In this document: one piece after another, positions 8,431 to 18,174 of the stretch
How positions within the stretch are numbered: the first letter of the stretch is position 1
How the letters are laid out: every line of letters begins with the position of its first letter
Origin: Promethearchaeota archaeon
GTDB taxonomy: Archaea > Asgardarchaeota > Lokiarchaeia > Sigyniarchaeales > SOKP01
Length of the DNA stretch: 64,000 bases
Reading direction: 5' to 3'
Assembly (NCBI GenBank): GCA_029838195.1
Contig: JALGVJ010000002.1
Coordinates: 133,893 to 197,892, forward strand
The notes under the pieces: model-generated
What the model saw: the letters and a program-made list of their open reading frames with translations, nothing else
The model's database searches: none
What the model was told of the DNA's origin: nothing
Position numbers and translations under genes: made by a program

Positions 8431-11160
8431 TCATTCATTCCACGTTTCAAAGAACTCGTCACAAATTTCTAGCCTTTCAGGAATATATTGATATAAATGA
8501 TTAATATAGTCTTCAATCTTGAATTCTTTGTTTTTTCCGCTAGGAGAAAATCTTATTGGTTCACTTGCTTCAACAATTAAAGGATTCCATGGAAATTCAA
8601 AAATATCTGGATATAAAACATTCTTTATTGAATTGTAATAATTAGAGAGAAAATCAATAATAAATTCTTCATTCCAGAGTTCTTGCCTTATTTCGTTCCA
8701 TCTATCCTTACAAGCCTGAATAAATTCAGAATTATTTAACAATCTTTTAAAAAGAGCATTATCTTTACCAATTGTTTCAATAACGCCAATATCTATTTTT
8801 TTATTTATATATAATTTACATGCCCGTTGACCAAAACTGTAATCAAAATCCCACGGACAAAGAAAAAAGTGAGCGGGATATGTATCTCTTATTATTAAAT
8901 AATTTGCATGCCAACTGTCCATATGATCGATGAAAAGTTCGAAGATAAAGAAATCTATTAAATTTTTTTTGTCAAATATCGAATAGATACCCGTTTCATT
9001 ATTAAAGAAATCATCATCACTTTTATTCATGATAAAATCAATAATTTGAGGTAATATCTCATCCTTTAAAACAATCAAATCTTCATTTGGCCATTCTTGC
9101 TCCCAATAATTTGAATTATAAATAGACAAATTATTATTTGTAGCAATGTTAAAAATTAAGCTGGAGTTAATATTTGATTGAGAATTATTTAAATTAAATA
9201 ATTTTTTATCTATCCTTTCTGAGAGTAAATATAAACCATTATATTCATTATTTAAAAATAAATTAACATATCTAGATTTAGGTAAAATACAAGTCGGGTT
9301 AGAAGCAGAAAGACTCCGCCAAAGGTCAAATGCTAACTTTGTTCTCATTCTTGTATAATCTAGTTGCATGGATAATAAGTACCAATCATCATCATCTCGC
9401 ATGCCTAATAAAGATACTTTTTTTGATAATTCAAGAGAATAACCTGGTTTAGCGTCGTTCCACGTTGTTCTTCCTCTAAATTTAATAGAAGAATTTGGCA
9501 ATACATGTTTTTCATGAGGAAATGAATTGTATAGTTCAAAGTTACATGATATAAACCTCTTTTTTGTTAACTCTTCTTGGAAAGTAATATAAATCGACGG
9601 AAGTTTTGAATATAAATTTAGAGTTATATGTTTTCTAGCAATATCTTCTAATTTAGAATATCGAGATAAAACCCATCTTTCAATTCTTTTATAAACATTT
9701 TCTGTTTTTTCATTGTAATTATTTCTTAATAATCCTTTTTTCATATATTCATATAGAGCAGATATCTTGTTAATTAAAAATGTTTTTTTCCATATAGTAG
9801 AATTTAATTCTTTCCAACGATTTAATAAATCTATTCGAAATTGTTGGTTTAAGGATGAATCTTTAGGAAATAATAACCTATAAAATAAATGATTAAATTT
9901 GCAGAAACTTGTTATATTCGCATTAATAGTTATCCAATCTTCATAAGATAGATTTTTTTTCCTTGAAAATCCCCAACTCATATCAAAATCCCAAGGGGCA
10001 AAATAAAAAGTTGAGTTAAGTTTTTCTTTTCGTATAATAAAAATTTTAGAGCCTTCTATACTATTATGACCAATCAATAATTCAAATAAAATTAAATCAA
10101 TTATTTGAGTACGATTTATTTTGGTGAAAATGCCATTTTCATTATTAAAAAATTCTTTATCCGATGAGGTTAATATAAAATTCTCTAATTTAATAATATC
10201 TTTATTTAATTCTTTATTCTGGGGAGCAATTTGATTCCAAATTGTTTTTCCATGCCCATACCAATTTTCTGCTTTTATTAAAATATCTAAATCCTTTGAA
10301 TCATTTATTCCAAATAATTTTTTATCAGGTTTTTCCATGAGAAGATGTAATCCTTTATATACATTATTAATATAAAGATCTACTGGTTCTGCTTTAGGAA
10401 GGCTACAAAGATAATCTTTTTCTCTTAAAGAATTATATAAATCTAATGCTAATTTTATCCTTAAAGCACTAGAGTTTTTTCTTGAAGGAATTAATAACCA
10501 ATCATCATCATTACGCATGTTTAAAAGATTTGAGTTTTCCCTGAGTTCTATTTCATATCCATTAGTAGAATCTCTTAATTTTATATTAGCTTTAAGTTTC
10601 TTATACGCCCAATTATATTTTGAAGAAGAATATTCAAAAAGCTTATTATTAGGACTTAATCTTATATCACATTTCACTTTAGAATAAGTAATTAAATCAT
10701 TACATTCTATTTCTATTATTGGTAAATCCTGCTGATAAATAATTGTTGTGCACTGAGTAATTTTAGAATCACAACGGAGATAAACAGTACAATTCTTTAT
10801 CTTTCTTGCTTTTAATTTAAAGCTCCGGGATTCTGGAATTTTTATCCAATCTGAATCATCATTAAATTTAACCCAAACATTTTTTGTAAATTTTGGAACA
10901 TGACAAATAAAAATTTCTTGCATATTATTGGTTATATATCGTGATCCTTCAATCCCAAATTTATATAAATAATCTGTTTCTATATATTCCATATCAAAAT
11001 TTTTAAAATATAATATATTATTTTGAGATTCAATAAAACTAAACAATCCAATTGAGGAAATAGTTAAAGTAGAGAATAAAATAAAGAAAATTAAATCTTT
11101 ATATCTATTAGATCTTGGTATTTTATGAAGTGTTTTTTGATTTTTTCTCTTAGTAGGCAT
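8431..11160 (-). CDS. Membrane-anchored protein with two tandem CotH-kinase domains
   Basis: N-terminal TM; motif set repeated twice: LLxMRxDDDWxL, VxLyiNNxYxGLxLLxE, F.F.PWDFD.S.G. Confidence 0.85.
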   Translation of the reverse strand: MPTKRKNQKTLHKIPRSNRYKDLIFFILFSTLTISSIGLFSFIESQNNILYFKNFDMEYIETDYLYKFGIEGSRYITNNMQEIFICHVPKFTKNVWVKFNDDSDWIKIPESRSFKLKARKIKNCTVYLRCDSKITQCTTIIYQQDLPIIEIECNDLITYSKVKCDIRLSPNNKLFEYSSSKYNWAYKKLKANIKLRDSTNGYEIELRENSNLLNMRNDDDWLLIPSRKNSSALRIKLALDLYNSLREKDYLCSLPKAEPVDLYINNVYKGLHLLMEKPDKKLFGINDSKDLDILIKAENWYGHGKTIWNQIAPQNKELNKDIIKLENFILTSSDKEFFNNENGIFTKINRTQIIDLILFELLIGHNSIEGSKIFIIRKEKLNSTFYFAPWDFDMSWGFSRKKNLSYEDWITINANITSFCKFNHLFYRLLFPKDSSLNQQFRIDLLNRWKELNSTIWKKTFLINKISALYEYMKKGLLRNNYNEKTENVYKRIERWVLSRYSKLEDIARKHITLNLYSKLPSIYITFQEELTKKRFISCNFELYNSFPHEKHVLPNSSIKFRGRTTWNDAKPGYSLELSKKVSLLGMRDDDDWYLLSMQLDYTRMRTKLAFDLWRSLSASNPTCILPKSRYVNLFLNNEYNGLYLLSERIDKKLFNLNNSQSNINSSLIFNIATNNNLSIYNSNYWEQEWPNEDLIVLKDEILPQIIDFIMNKSDDDFFNNETGIYSIFDKKNLIDFFIFELFIDHMDSWHANYLIIRDTYPAHFFLCPWDFDYSFGQRACKLYINKKIDIGVIETIGKDNALFKRLLNNSEFIQACKDRWNEIRQELWNEEFIIDFLSNYYNSIKNVLYPDIFEFPWNPLIVEASEPIRFSPSGKNKEFKIEDYINHLYQYIPERLEICDEFFETWNE

Positions 11161-11317
11161 TTTTTTATATCTAAATCTTAATTCTAAACTAAATTATGTC
11201 AATTATTGATCATATTCATCATTTATAAAATTTGTATTAAAGAAACTCTGTTTTTGATTAAATAAGTGGAATATTATATCATAAAAAATAGTCTATTTTT
11301 TAATTCGTAAAAAATCT

Positions 11318-13018
11318 TTAAGAATAATATTTTTTTATTTCTTTAATGACGAGGTGGATTAAATCTTTTTCATTCTTAATAGCATAAAAAGAGACCTTGT
11401 CAAGTAACCCTTTAAACTTATTTTTTGGGATTTTCTCAGATCCAATAAAAAACCCTACGATTTTATGACCTTTTTGTACCAGTTCTAATAGCAATTGTTT
11501 AGAACGTGTCCAATTATAAATACCAAAATCCGTGATAATGAAAATAAGGACGTTACCTTCTGCCTTATTAACTTGTTTTTTGATAGCTTTAATTGGAAGT
11601 TGAGTTCCTCCTCCTTGGTATCTTAATAAAACGTTTTCTGCTTCGTGATAATTCTTAGACCATTCACAAATTTCAGCATGGTTAGAAAAATTAATCACGC
11701 TAAATTTAACACCTTTCATGCGTGCTTGATGTAAAATGGCAAAAGAAGCAACAAGAGCGGCGTGATAAGGCCCCCTCTCATTTTTTACGTGTTCCATAAA
11801 ATTCCAGTACATTGAACCTGATGAATCCAATACTATTAAGAGATCCGGCATCCTTTTTTCTTCTACACGTCCAACACCCCTCTCATGTTTCCATTTCTTC
11901 GTGGTAACATTAGGAATAATGATAGGAGAAGTTACGATCGTGAGAATGGCATCTAATTCTTCTATAGGATCTCCGATCCTCCATTTTTCAGGATATAGGG
12001 GTAGAGTGCCACTATATTTTTTTTCATAAATTTTAATTGAAATCAAATTATTAGCTAAGCCTCGATACCACGTAGCTAGTGCATTTCCATCGATTAAAAT
12101 TCCTGATTGTCTTGCGGGGGCTCCAAATTCCGAATAAGGTATATTTTTTGCAAATTCCTCCGCTTTTTTTCTTAATTCATCTTCATTGTCTTTTTTTAAT
12201 TTATCTGAATTTTTCGTTTCTAAGGGATTATCTATGATTTCTAATACATCATCGGGAATCTCCATTTCAAGCTCATATCCTGGAATTTTTCTACGCGATT
12301 TTCCTTTTAAGGGGGCCCCTGCTCCCCTCATTATTGTAAATTCCTCCTTTAAGAAATCTTTTAGATAATAAGCGACTTTCGAAACTTTTTCTTCCCATCG
12401 TGAATCATCTTCAAAATCCGTTAATATAATTTTTTTAATTTTATTAGCCAAAGCATCGGTTTCTGGAGAAGTGAAAGACTCGTAAATTTTAATGTTCCAT
12501 AGTTTTTCATAAATGTTGAATAAAAATTTCGAAAATCTACTCAAGGATTTAAAATCAGGCATGGCTACATGTTCAAATGTCTTTTTAATTTCCCATTTCA
12601 TTAAATCTGGCTTAGCTTTGTATAATTTCGTGTCAATAATCAAATCAGCAAATAAATTTACAACCAATGGAGCATGAGTAGAATGAACATGTTTATTAGC
12701 AGCATGTAATAATTTTGCATGAATGATGCCATCATAAGGGATGATTTGATAATGCGATATTTCATGGAGCAAGATGGCGTGAAAATATTGGATATATTCT
12801 TCATCATCCTTTAGTGGGGGAACATTCGCTAGATTCATCGTTATTTCCCATTTATGATTAGGATCAATGTAAAAACCTTCTTTCCGCTTGTAATCAAAAA
12901 CATATCGAGGTTCATTTAAAGGAGGGAAATAAAACTCTTTTAAAGATAGATCCCATGCTATTTTGGCTAATTTTTTGAGTTTAGCTTCCTTTTCTTGTAT
13001 TATATTTTTATTGAGCAA
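11318..13018 (-). CDS. VWA-domain protein with N-terminal HExxH metallopeptidase-like domain (MoxR partner)
   Basis: LLHEISH...NLFAD; MIDAS elements LDSSGSM, GGGT, IITD; directly downstream of the AAA ATPase gene. Confidence 0.85.
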   Translation of the reverse strand: MLNKNIIQEKEAKLKKLAKIAWDLSLKEFYFPPLNEPRYVFDYKRKEGFYIDPNHKWEITMNLANVPPLKDDEEYIQYFHAILLHEISHYQIIPYDGIIHAKLLHAANKHVHSTHAPLVVNLFADLIIDTKLYKAKPDLMKWEIKKTFEHVAMPDFKSLSRFSKFLFNIYEKLWNIKIYESFTSPETDALANKIKKIILTDFEDDSRWEEKVSKVAYYLKDFLKEEFTIMRGAGAPLKGKSRRKIPGYELEMEIPDDVLEIIDNPLETKNSDKLKKDNEDELRKKAEEFAKNIPYSEFGAPARQSGILIDGNALATWYRGLANNLISIKIYEKKYSGTLPLYPEKWRIGDPIEELDAILTIVTSPIIIPNVTTKKWKHERGVGRVEEKRMPDLLIVLDSSGSMYWNFMEHVKNERGPYHAALVASFAILHQARMKGVKFSVINFSNHAEICEWSKNYHEAENVLLRYQGGGTQLPIKAIKKQVNKAEGNVLIFIITDFGIYNWTRSKQLLLELVQKGHKIVGFFIGSEKIPKNKFKGLLDKVSFYAIKNEKDLIHLVIKEIKKYYS

Positions 13019-13048
13019 TGAATTATCCTCCTTAAAATGAGCCCTTTT

Positions 13049-14812
13049 TTATAATTCTTTTTGAATGTATTCTAATTTATCAAGAACGTTTCTCAGTTTT
13101 AATGCTTCTGCGCCACCTGAAATCTGAATGTTAACGATTGAATCCTCACTCGTTCCCGTTACATTTATTTCCATCAGTAAATCTTCTGTTCGAATTTGTT
13201 TTGTCTGACGTTTTTCGAAAGCAGCCTTGAGAGGTTGATCTAAAGTGGGAAATTCTGCTACTACATCCGCCCATAATTCTCTCCAAAATCCATATTTAAT
13301 GATATAATCTGTAACTGTCTGCCTATACAATTCTTGATTGCACCAATTAATTAAGTATGCTCTATTTGGAAAGTCTAAATTTTCTATTAATTCTTTTCTA
13401 ATTAAGGCAAGATCCTCGATATTTCCTTTTTTGGCTGCTTCACCTATTCTTGAAGCCAAGTTAGTGTAATTTTTCTCTTTTATAGCATCAACGTATGGGA
13501 TTAAATCATATTTTACAATTAAATCATTATTAGCAAATTTTTTTAATTCTTTAAAATCTTCCGGATTATTCTTTCCTTCTCTAAATTTTGCCGTAATTTT
13601 GTAACAAATTTCCCGGTTTTTATATCGTTTCTGTATTAATGATAATAAATATTTAGTAAAATGATATTTATTTCCCCAATAAGGGGCTTTATCTAATTCC
13701 CTCTTCACGTAATCTACCCGATGGGAAATAACATGGGGAGCGATCGTATTTATGATATTTACATCAATTTTTGGTAATCCTAATAGCCATGTCAAGGCTT
13801 TGGCATATCGTAAAATATCTTTTGCTACTCGAACGCTTAATATAGAGTCTATTTTATTACATATGTTTTGATCTGTATTGAAGTGACATCCCGAACATAA
13901 TCCCGTGCTCGGTTTTAATTCTTCAGAATTTCCTTTATCAATACGGGAACAAAGATTATATTCTCTCACGATTGCATGAATATAATTATTAACTTCTTCA
14001 CTAAAGGAGATTTTATTGACATGATACCAGATTTCCATTAAATCATCAATCTCAAGAATTTTAGGGACCTGAATCACCTCATCGTACCCTGAATATTTTT
14101 CATCTTTTCCGGATAAAATCAATTGTAGATCTTGCGTGGCAGGCATGGAAATGGGTACGGATATACCAAACCGATCTAAAAAAGGTTTTGAAAGTTCAAA
14201 CGTGCCTACATCTTGAGGATTAATTGTCCCATATAAGCAATATTTTGAAATTGCTAAAGTAAAGTCATAATATTTTATGGTACCCTCTGCTAACAAGGAT
14301 AATAAAATATCTTGAGCATAAGGTGTTAACCGGTTGACCTCATCAATTATTTTCCAGAAACTCAGAATGAATTCTCGCCATATTACTTCCTCTTCTCCTT
14401 CTTTCATTAATTTCCCTAATTTTAATGTTCCAATTAATTTTTCTTCCGAAAGCTGTGGATGCCCTCTTATAATGGATTGTTCGATTTGTTCTATTGACTT
14501 AGAGGTGAACATGCGCCCTAATAGCTTGACTAAGGTGGTTTGGAACAAGTCGCTGAGTTAGCCACCTTTTTTTCCTCCACCATGCCCACCAATCAATAAC
14601 ATTGCAGAATTTGGAACTATTGCATTTAACACGCATAATGTAAGAATCTCCGGTAGATTTTGGGATACAATTTTCTTATTTTTCTCATCATAATGTTTAA
14701 TTGTTAGACTCTGAGAATGGACGAATAACTGGTTGGCTTGGACAATATTAATAATTCTCCATACTTTTCTTCTTAATTCTTCCTCCTCTTTTAAATGTGT
14801 CGTCAAGTTCAT
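13049..14812 (-). CDS. MoxR-family AAA+ ATPase interrupted by a 30-nt insertion; join(14812..14570, 14539..13049), about 577 aa
   Basis: The upstream ORF ends ...LLIGGHGGGK and the downstream ORF continues TTLVKLL in the same frame (Walker A GGHGGGKTT); Walker B IIDEVNR, GTINP, PFLDRF, LSVR. Confidence 0.88.
14540..14569 (-). other. Candidate bulge-helix-bulge (archaeal-type) intron in an mRNA
   Basis: AAAGGUGGCUAACUCAGCGACUUGUUCCAA contains an in-frame UAA; the central helix GGAA/UUCC is followed by AAA on both strands; cutting after the second A of each restores K-T-T. Confidence 0.7.
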
Positions 14813-15075
14813 TGCTAATTCTCTCGGATGTTTTAATACTTTTTAACAAATTCAATATACCTTATTTTAAATTTTTTATCCACGAAAAAAATACATACAT
14901 GGGAATATAATTTTATCCCTTGAAACGGTTCAATAAAAAATTATAGGAACAAGTTAAAAAAATCAATGTATCTACTAAATCGTGAAAATTATGACTTAAA
15001 TTACTAATTCTTTATCATATTTGATAAACGTTAAACAAACTTAAAAAATATTCATGGTATCAGAATTTTTCTTTA

Positions 15076-16323
15076 TCACTTAGGAAATAATTTAACAAAT
15101 ACCTTTTCTCCTTTCTTTAAACCTTCTTGAAAAGGTGGTATTTCTATAATTCCATCAGATTGGGTTAAAGAACTTATTATTCCCGATCCCTTCAATTTAA
15201 CCGGTATTGCCACCAAGTCTCCATCTTCTCGTTTTATTTTAACTCTAAGATAGTTTAAATGCCCAAGAGTAGAAACAGGAACATCTTTACTCATTTTTGC
15301 TAAGAGCTCAATCCGGGGATCGATCTTAGAACACCCCATCATTTTGCGTAGAGTAGGACCTATTACTTTCAGGAAACCAACATAGGCTGCTACGGGTGTG
15401 CCAGGTAAGCAGAAAACTAGTGATTCTTTAAAAAGAGCAATCAATAAAGGTGATCCTGGGCGCATGGCAATGCCATGTGTCAATACATTTGCCTCTTCAT
15501 GCATTATTTCCGGTAAAAAATCTTGAGATCCCACGGATGTGCCTCCCGTAAAAATAATAACACGTGAATTATTGGAAGCTTCATGCAAAGATTTTCTAAT
15601 AAGTTCTTTATCATCCTTTAAAGTAGCGTGATGGATTACTTTACCACCATAAAGTTTTACCAAAGAAATAAGCATGGGCGTATTAGAATTGTAAATTTTA
15701 TTAGGTTCTAAGGGCTCTCCAACTTCTATTAATTCATCGCCCGTACTAAAAACGCTAACCGTTGGAATCGTACTTACTTTTATTTTTTCAATGCCTAAAG
15801 AACATAATAACGCCACGTGTTCGGCCTTCAATTCAGTTCCTTTTGATAAAATAATGGAATCTTTTATAATATCCTCTCCTTTTCTTGAAATATTTTTCCC
15901 CGGCACTAAAGGAGCATGCAAGTATACGATATTTTCTTTCAATTCCGTATCTTCTATTTTAATTACAGCACTTGCGCCTTTTGGAATAGCAGCTCCGGTA
16001 GAAATCCGAATCGCTTCTCCTTCATGTAGTTCTTGTTCAATTTTTTGGCCAATTTCAATTTTTCCTACTAATTTTAATATTTTAGGATTAGTTGGAGAGG
16101 CGCCAAAACTATCCTCTGCTCGAATTGCATAGCCATCCATGGCAGACCTGTCAAATGGAGGCACATCTATTTTACTGAAAATATCTTCTGCTAAAATTCT
16201 ATTTAATGATTGGAACACGTGAATTTCTTCCGATGGGAGGATGGACACGTGGGAGAATAAATTTTTTAATGAATCTTCTAAAGATGTTAATTTTGCAAAT
16301 CCTATTTTTCTTAATCGGTCCAT
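15076..16323 (-). CDS. moeA: Molybdopterin molybdenum/tungsten transferase MoeA
   Basis: VPPFDRSAMDGYA, STGDEL, GGTSVG, MRPG.P, LPGTP. Confidence 0.95.
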   Translation of the reverse strand: MDRLRKIGFAKLTSLEDSLKNLFSHVSILPSEEIHVFQSLNRILAEDIFSKIDVPPFDRSAMDGYAIRAEDSFGASPTNPKILKLVGKIEIGQKIEQELHEGEAIRISTGAAIPKGASAVIKIEDTELKENIVYLHAPLVPGKNISRKGEDIIKDSIILSKGTELKAEHVALLCSLGIEKIKVSTIPTVSVFSTGDELIEVGEPLEPNKIYNSNTPMLISLVKLYGGKVIHHATLKDDKELIRKSLHEASNNSRVIIFTGGTSVGSQDFLPEIMHEEANVLTHGIAMRPGSPLLIALFKESLVFCLPGTPVAAYVGFLKVIGPTLRKMMGCSKIDPRIELLAKMSKDVPVSTLGHLNYLRVKIKREDGDLVAIPVKLKGSGIISSLTQSDGIIEIPPFQEGLKKGEKVFVKLFPK

Positions 16324-16329
16324 TTCACT

Positions 16330-16866
16330 TCACTCTTTTTTTCTAATGAGATAAATTATATGACCAAGTTCAGGTAAGATTAATTTTTCAAATGCGAGTT
16401 TAACAGCGTTTGGAGAGCCCGGTAAAATGAAAATTGCTTTATCCTCCATTTTTCCTGCCAAAGCGCGGGACAATATTGCCGAAGAACCAATTTCATTGTA
16501 AGAGAGGTACCTAAAAATTTCTCCAAAACCTTCAATTTTCTTTTCTAATAGTGGTTCTATAGTTTCATGGGTAATATCTTTAGGAGAAATGCCTGTTCCG
16601 CCGCTAAAAATAATAGCATGAAGATTTTTATCTTTTAATAAATTTAAAAGAACTTTTTTGATGTATTTTTCAGAATCGGGAACTATATCATGAAAGAGTA
16701 AAGAGATGCTTGCTTCTTTTTCGAGCATGTTCTTAACCAGCGGAATAGTTTTATCAGAACTTTCTTTTCCATCCAATTTTTCCTCAAAACGAGACGTACT
16801 AACGACTATTAAGGCGATATTAATTTCTGTTGGTCCCTTTTGCTTATGTTCTTCATGTACTTTCAT
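16330..16866 (-). CDS. moaB: Molybdopterin adenylyltransferase MoaB/MogA
   Basis: SGGTGISPKDIT.E, GFGE.FR, AILSRA.AG, LPGSPNA. Confidence 0.93.
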   Translation of the reverse strand: MKVHEEHKQKGPTEINIALIVVSTSRFEEKLDGKESSDKTIPLVKNMLEKEASISLLFHDIVPDSEKYIKKVLLNLLKDKNLHAIIFSGGTGISPKDITHETIEPLLEKKIEGFGEIFRYLSYNEIGSSAILSRALAGKMEDKAIFILPGSPNAVKLAFEKLILPELGHIIYLIRKKE

Positions 16867-16905
16867 TTTTTCTCACGTTAAAAAATAGATTTTAATTCAC
16901 TTTAA

Positions 16906-18174
16906 TTAAAAAGAATGAACCTCCCTAATATCCCCTTTTTCTATTATTTCTTCTAATTCTTCTATTTCGATGTATCCATCCGCTTGAAAAATCGTACTTA
17001 TTGCTTCGGAACCTGTTTTTACGGGATAGATTTTCTTCACCCCTCCTTCCTCCTTTATTTTTATTGCTTTAAATTCATGCCTTCCTAAAGTACTATATAT
17101 ACGCTCTCCTACCTCTATTTTAACGGAAAATTTTTTTCTTAAAGGAAATCCGGAAAATCTCCTCAAAAAATCATCAATGAAAATATAAAAACAGCTTAAT
17201 GCGGAGGTTGGAAAGCCCGGTAAAATAAAAATAATTTTTTCTTTTAACTTTGTAAAAATGATAGGTTTTCCCGGCTTAATTCTCACGCCATGAACCAATA
17301 TTTCAATGTCTCTATATTGTTCTAGCACTTTAGGTCCTAAATCTCCTTCTCCTTTAGAAGTTCCTCCCGAAAGAATTACTATATCACTCTGAGATAAAGC
17401 CAAATCCATTTTTTGTTTTAAATCATCAAATGAATCTCTTGCTATTCCTAAATAATTTACAACTGCTCCGGTGTTCTCAATTGCTTGTTTTAAAACAATA
17501 GAATTAATATCATATATCTTTCCAACGGGAAGAATGGATGTATCATGGGTTATTAATTCATTTCCCGTACTAAAAAGAGCTATTACCGGTTTTTTAAAAA
17601 CCGGAATTTCTTTAATACCGCAAGAGGCTAAAATGCCTATGGTGGCTAAATCGATTAAACTACCCTTTTTAATAATGATATCTCCCATTTTTACATCATG
17701 CCCAATATTAACCACATTAGTACCTGGAGCGACTGCTTTATAAATTTCTATTTTATCCCCCTTTTTCTCCGTAAATTCAACCATTACAACACTATCTGCA
17801 TTTTCCGGAAGGGCTGCCCCTGTTGCGACATAAGCACATTGATTCTTGCCCAATTTTCTTTTAGGTTCGTCTCCCGCTTGGATGATTTCAATCAATTCTA
17901 CAGAAATCGGGTTATCCTCTTCAGCGCCAAAAGTATCTTTTGCCTGAACCGCGTAACCATCCATTCTACTTTTTCGAAAATGCGGAACATTGATTTTACT
18001 TTTAATATCACGCGAAAGCGTTCTATTATAACTTTCTTCAAGAGAAACGATCTCTTCTTTAAAGTTTGGTCTTGGAATTTGATCCAAAAGGTTTTTAAAT
18101 TCAGCAACCCGAATTGTTTTTAAAAATTTCAAGGTTTTGCCTCCATTCTTAATGAATCCATCGTGAAGTCCCAT
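16906..18174 (-). CDS. moeA: Second MoeA paralogue (true start probably TTG at 18132)
   Basis: VPHFRKSRMDGYA, STGNEL, SGGTSKG, KPGKP, LPGFP; GGAGG a few nt upstream of the TTG at 18132. Confidence 0.93.
   Translation of the reverse strand: MGLHDGFIKNGGKTLKFLKTIRVAEFKNLLDQIPRPNFKEEIVSLEESYNRTLSRDIKSKINVPHFRKSRMDGYAVQAKDTFGAEEDNPISVELIEIIQAGDEPKRKLGKNQCAYVATGAALPENADSVVMVEFTEKKGDKIEIYKAVAPGTNVVNIGHDVKMGDIIIKKGSLIDLATIGILASCGIKEIPVFKKPVIALFSTGNELITHDTSILPVGKIYDINSIVLKQAIENTGAVVNYLGIARDSFDDLKQKMDLALSQSDIVILSGGTSKGEGDLGPKVLEQYRDIEILVHGVRIKPGKPIIFTKLKEKIIFILPGFPTSALSCFYIFIDDFLRRFSGFPLRKKFSVKIEVGERIYSTLGRHEFKAIKIKEEGGVKKIYPVKTGSEAISTIFQADGYIEIEELEEIIEKGDIREVHSF

Noticed and set aside
13049-14548. 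Treating the 499-aa and 84-aa ORFs as two independent genes.
   Set aside because: The predicted TTG start lies inside the insertion, and each product would carry only half of the Walker A motif.
14553-14565. Inside the 30-nt insertion, AAG|GUGGCUAACUCAG|C resembles a miniature spliceosomal intron (GU, CUAAC branch point, CAG).
   Set aside because: Removing these 13 nt shifts the frame, hits UAG within a few codons and does not restore Walker A. No spliceosome is known in archaea, so this is treated as coincidence.
14540-14569. Stop-codon readthrough or ribosomal hopping as explanations for the split ATPase.
   Set aside because: The stop is UAA (not a Sec or Pyl codon), readthrough would leave 10 extra residues inside the P-loop, and the codon before the stop (GGC) has no matching landing codon.
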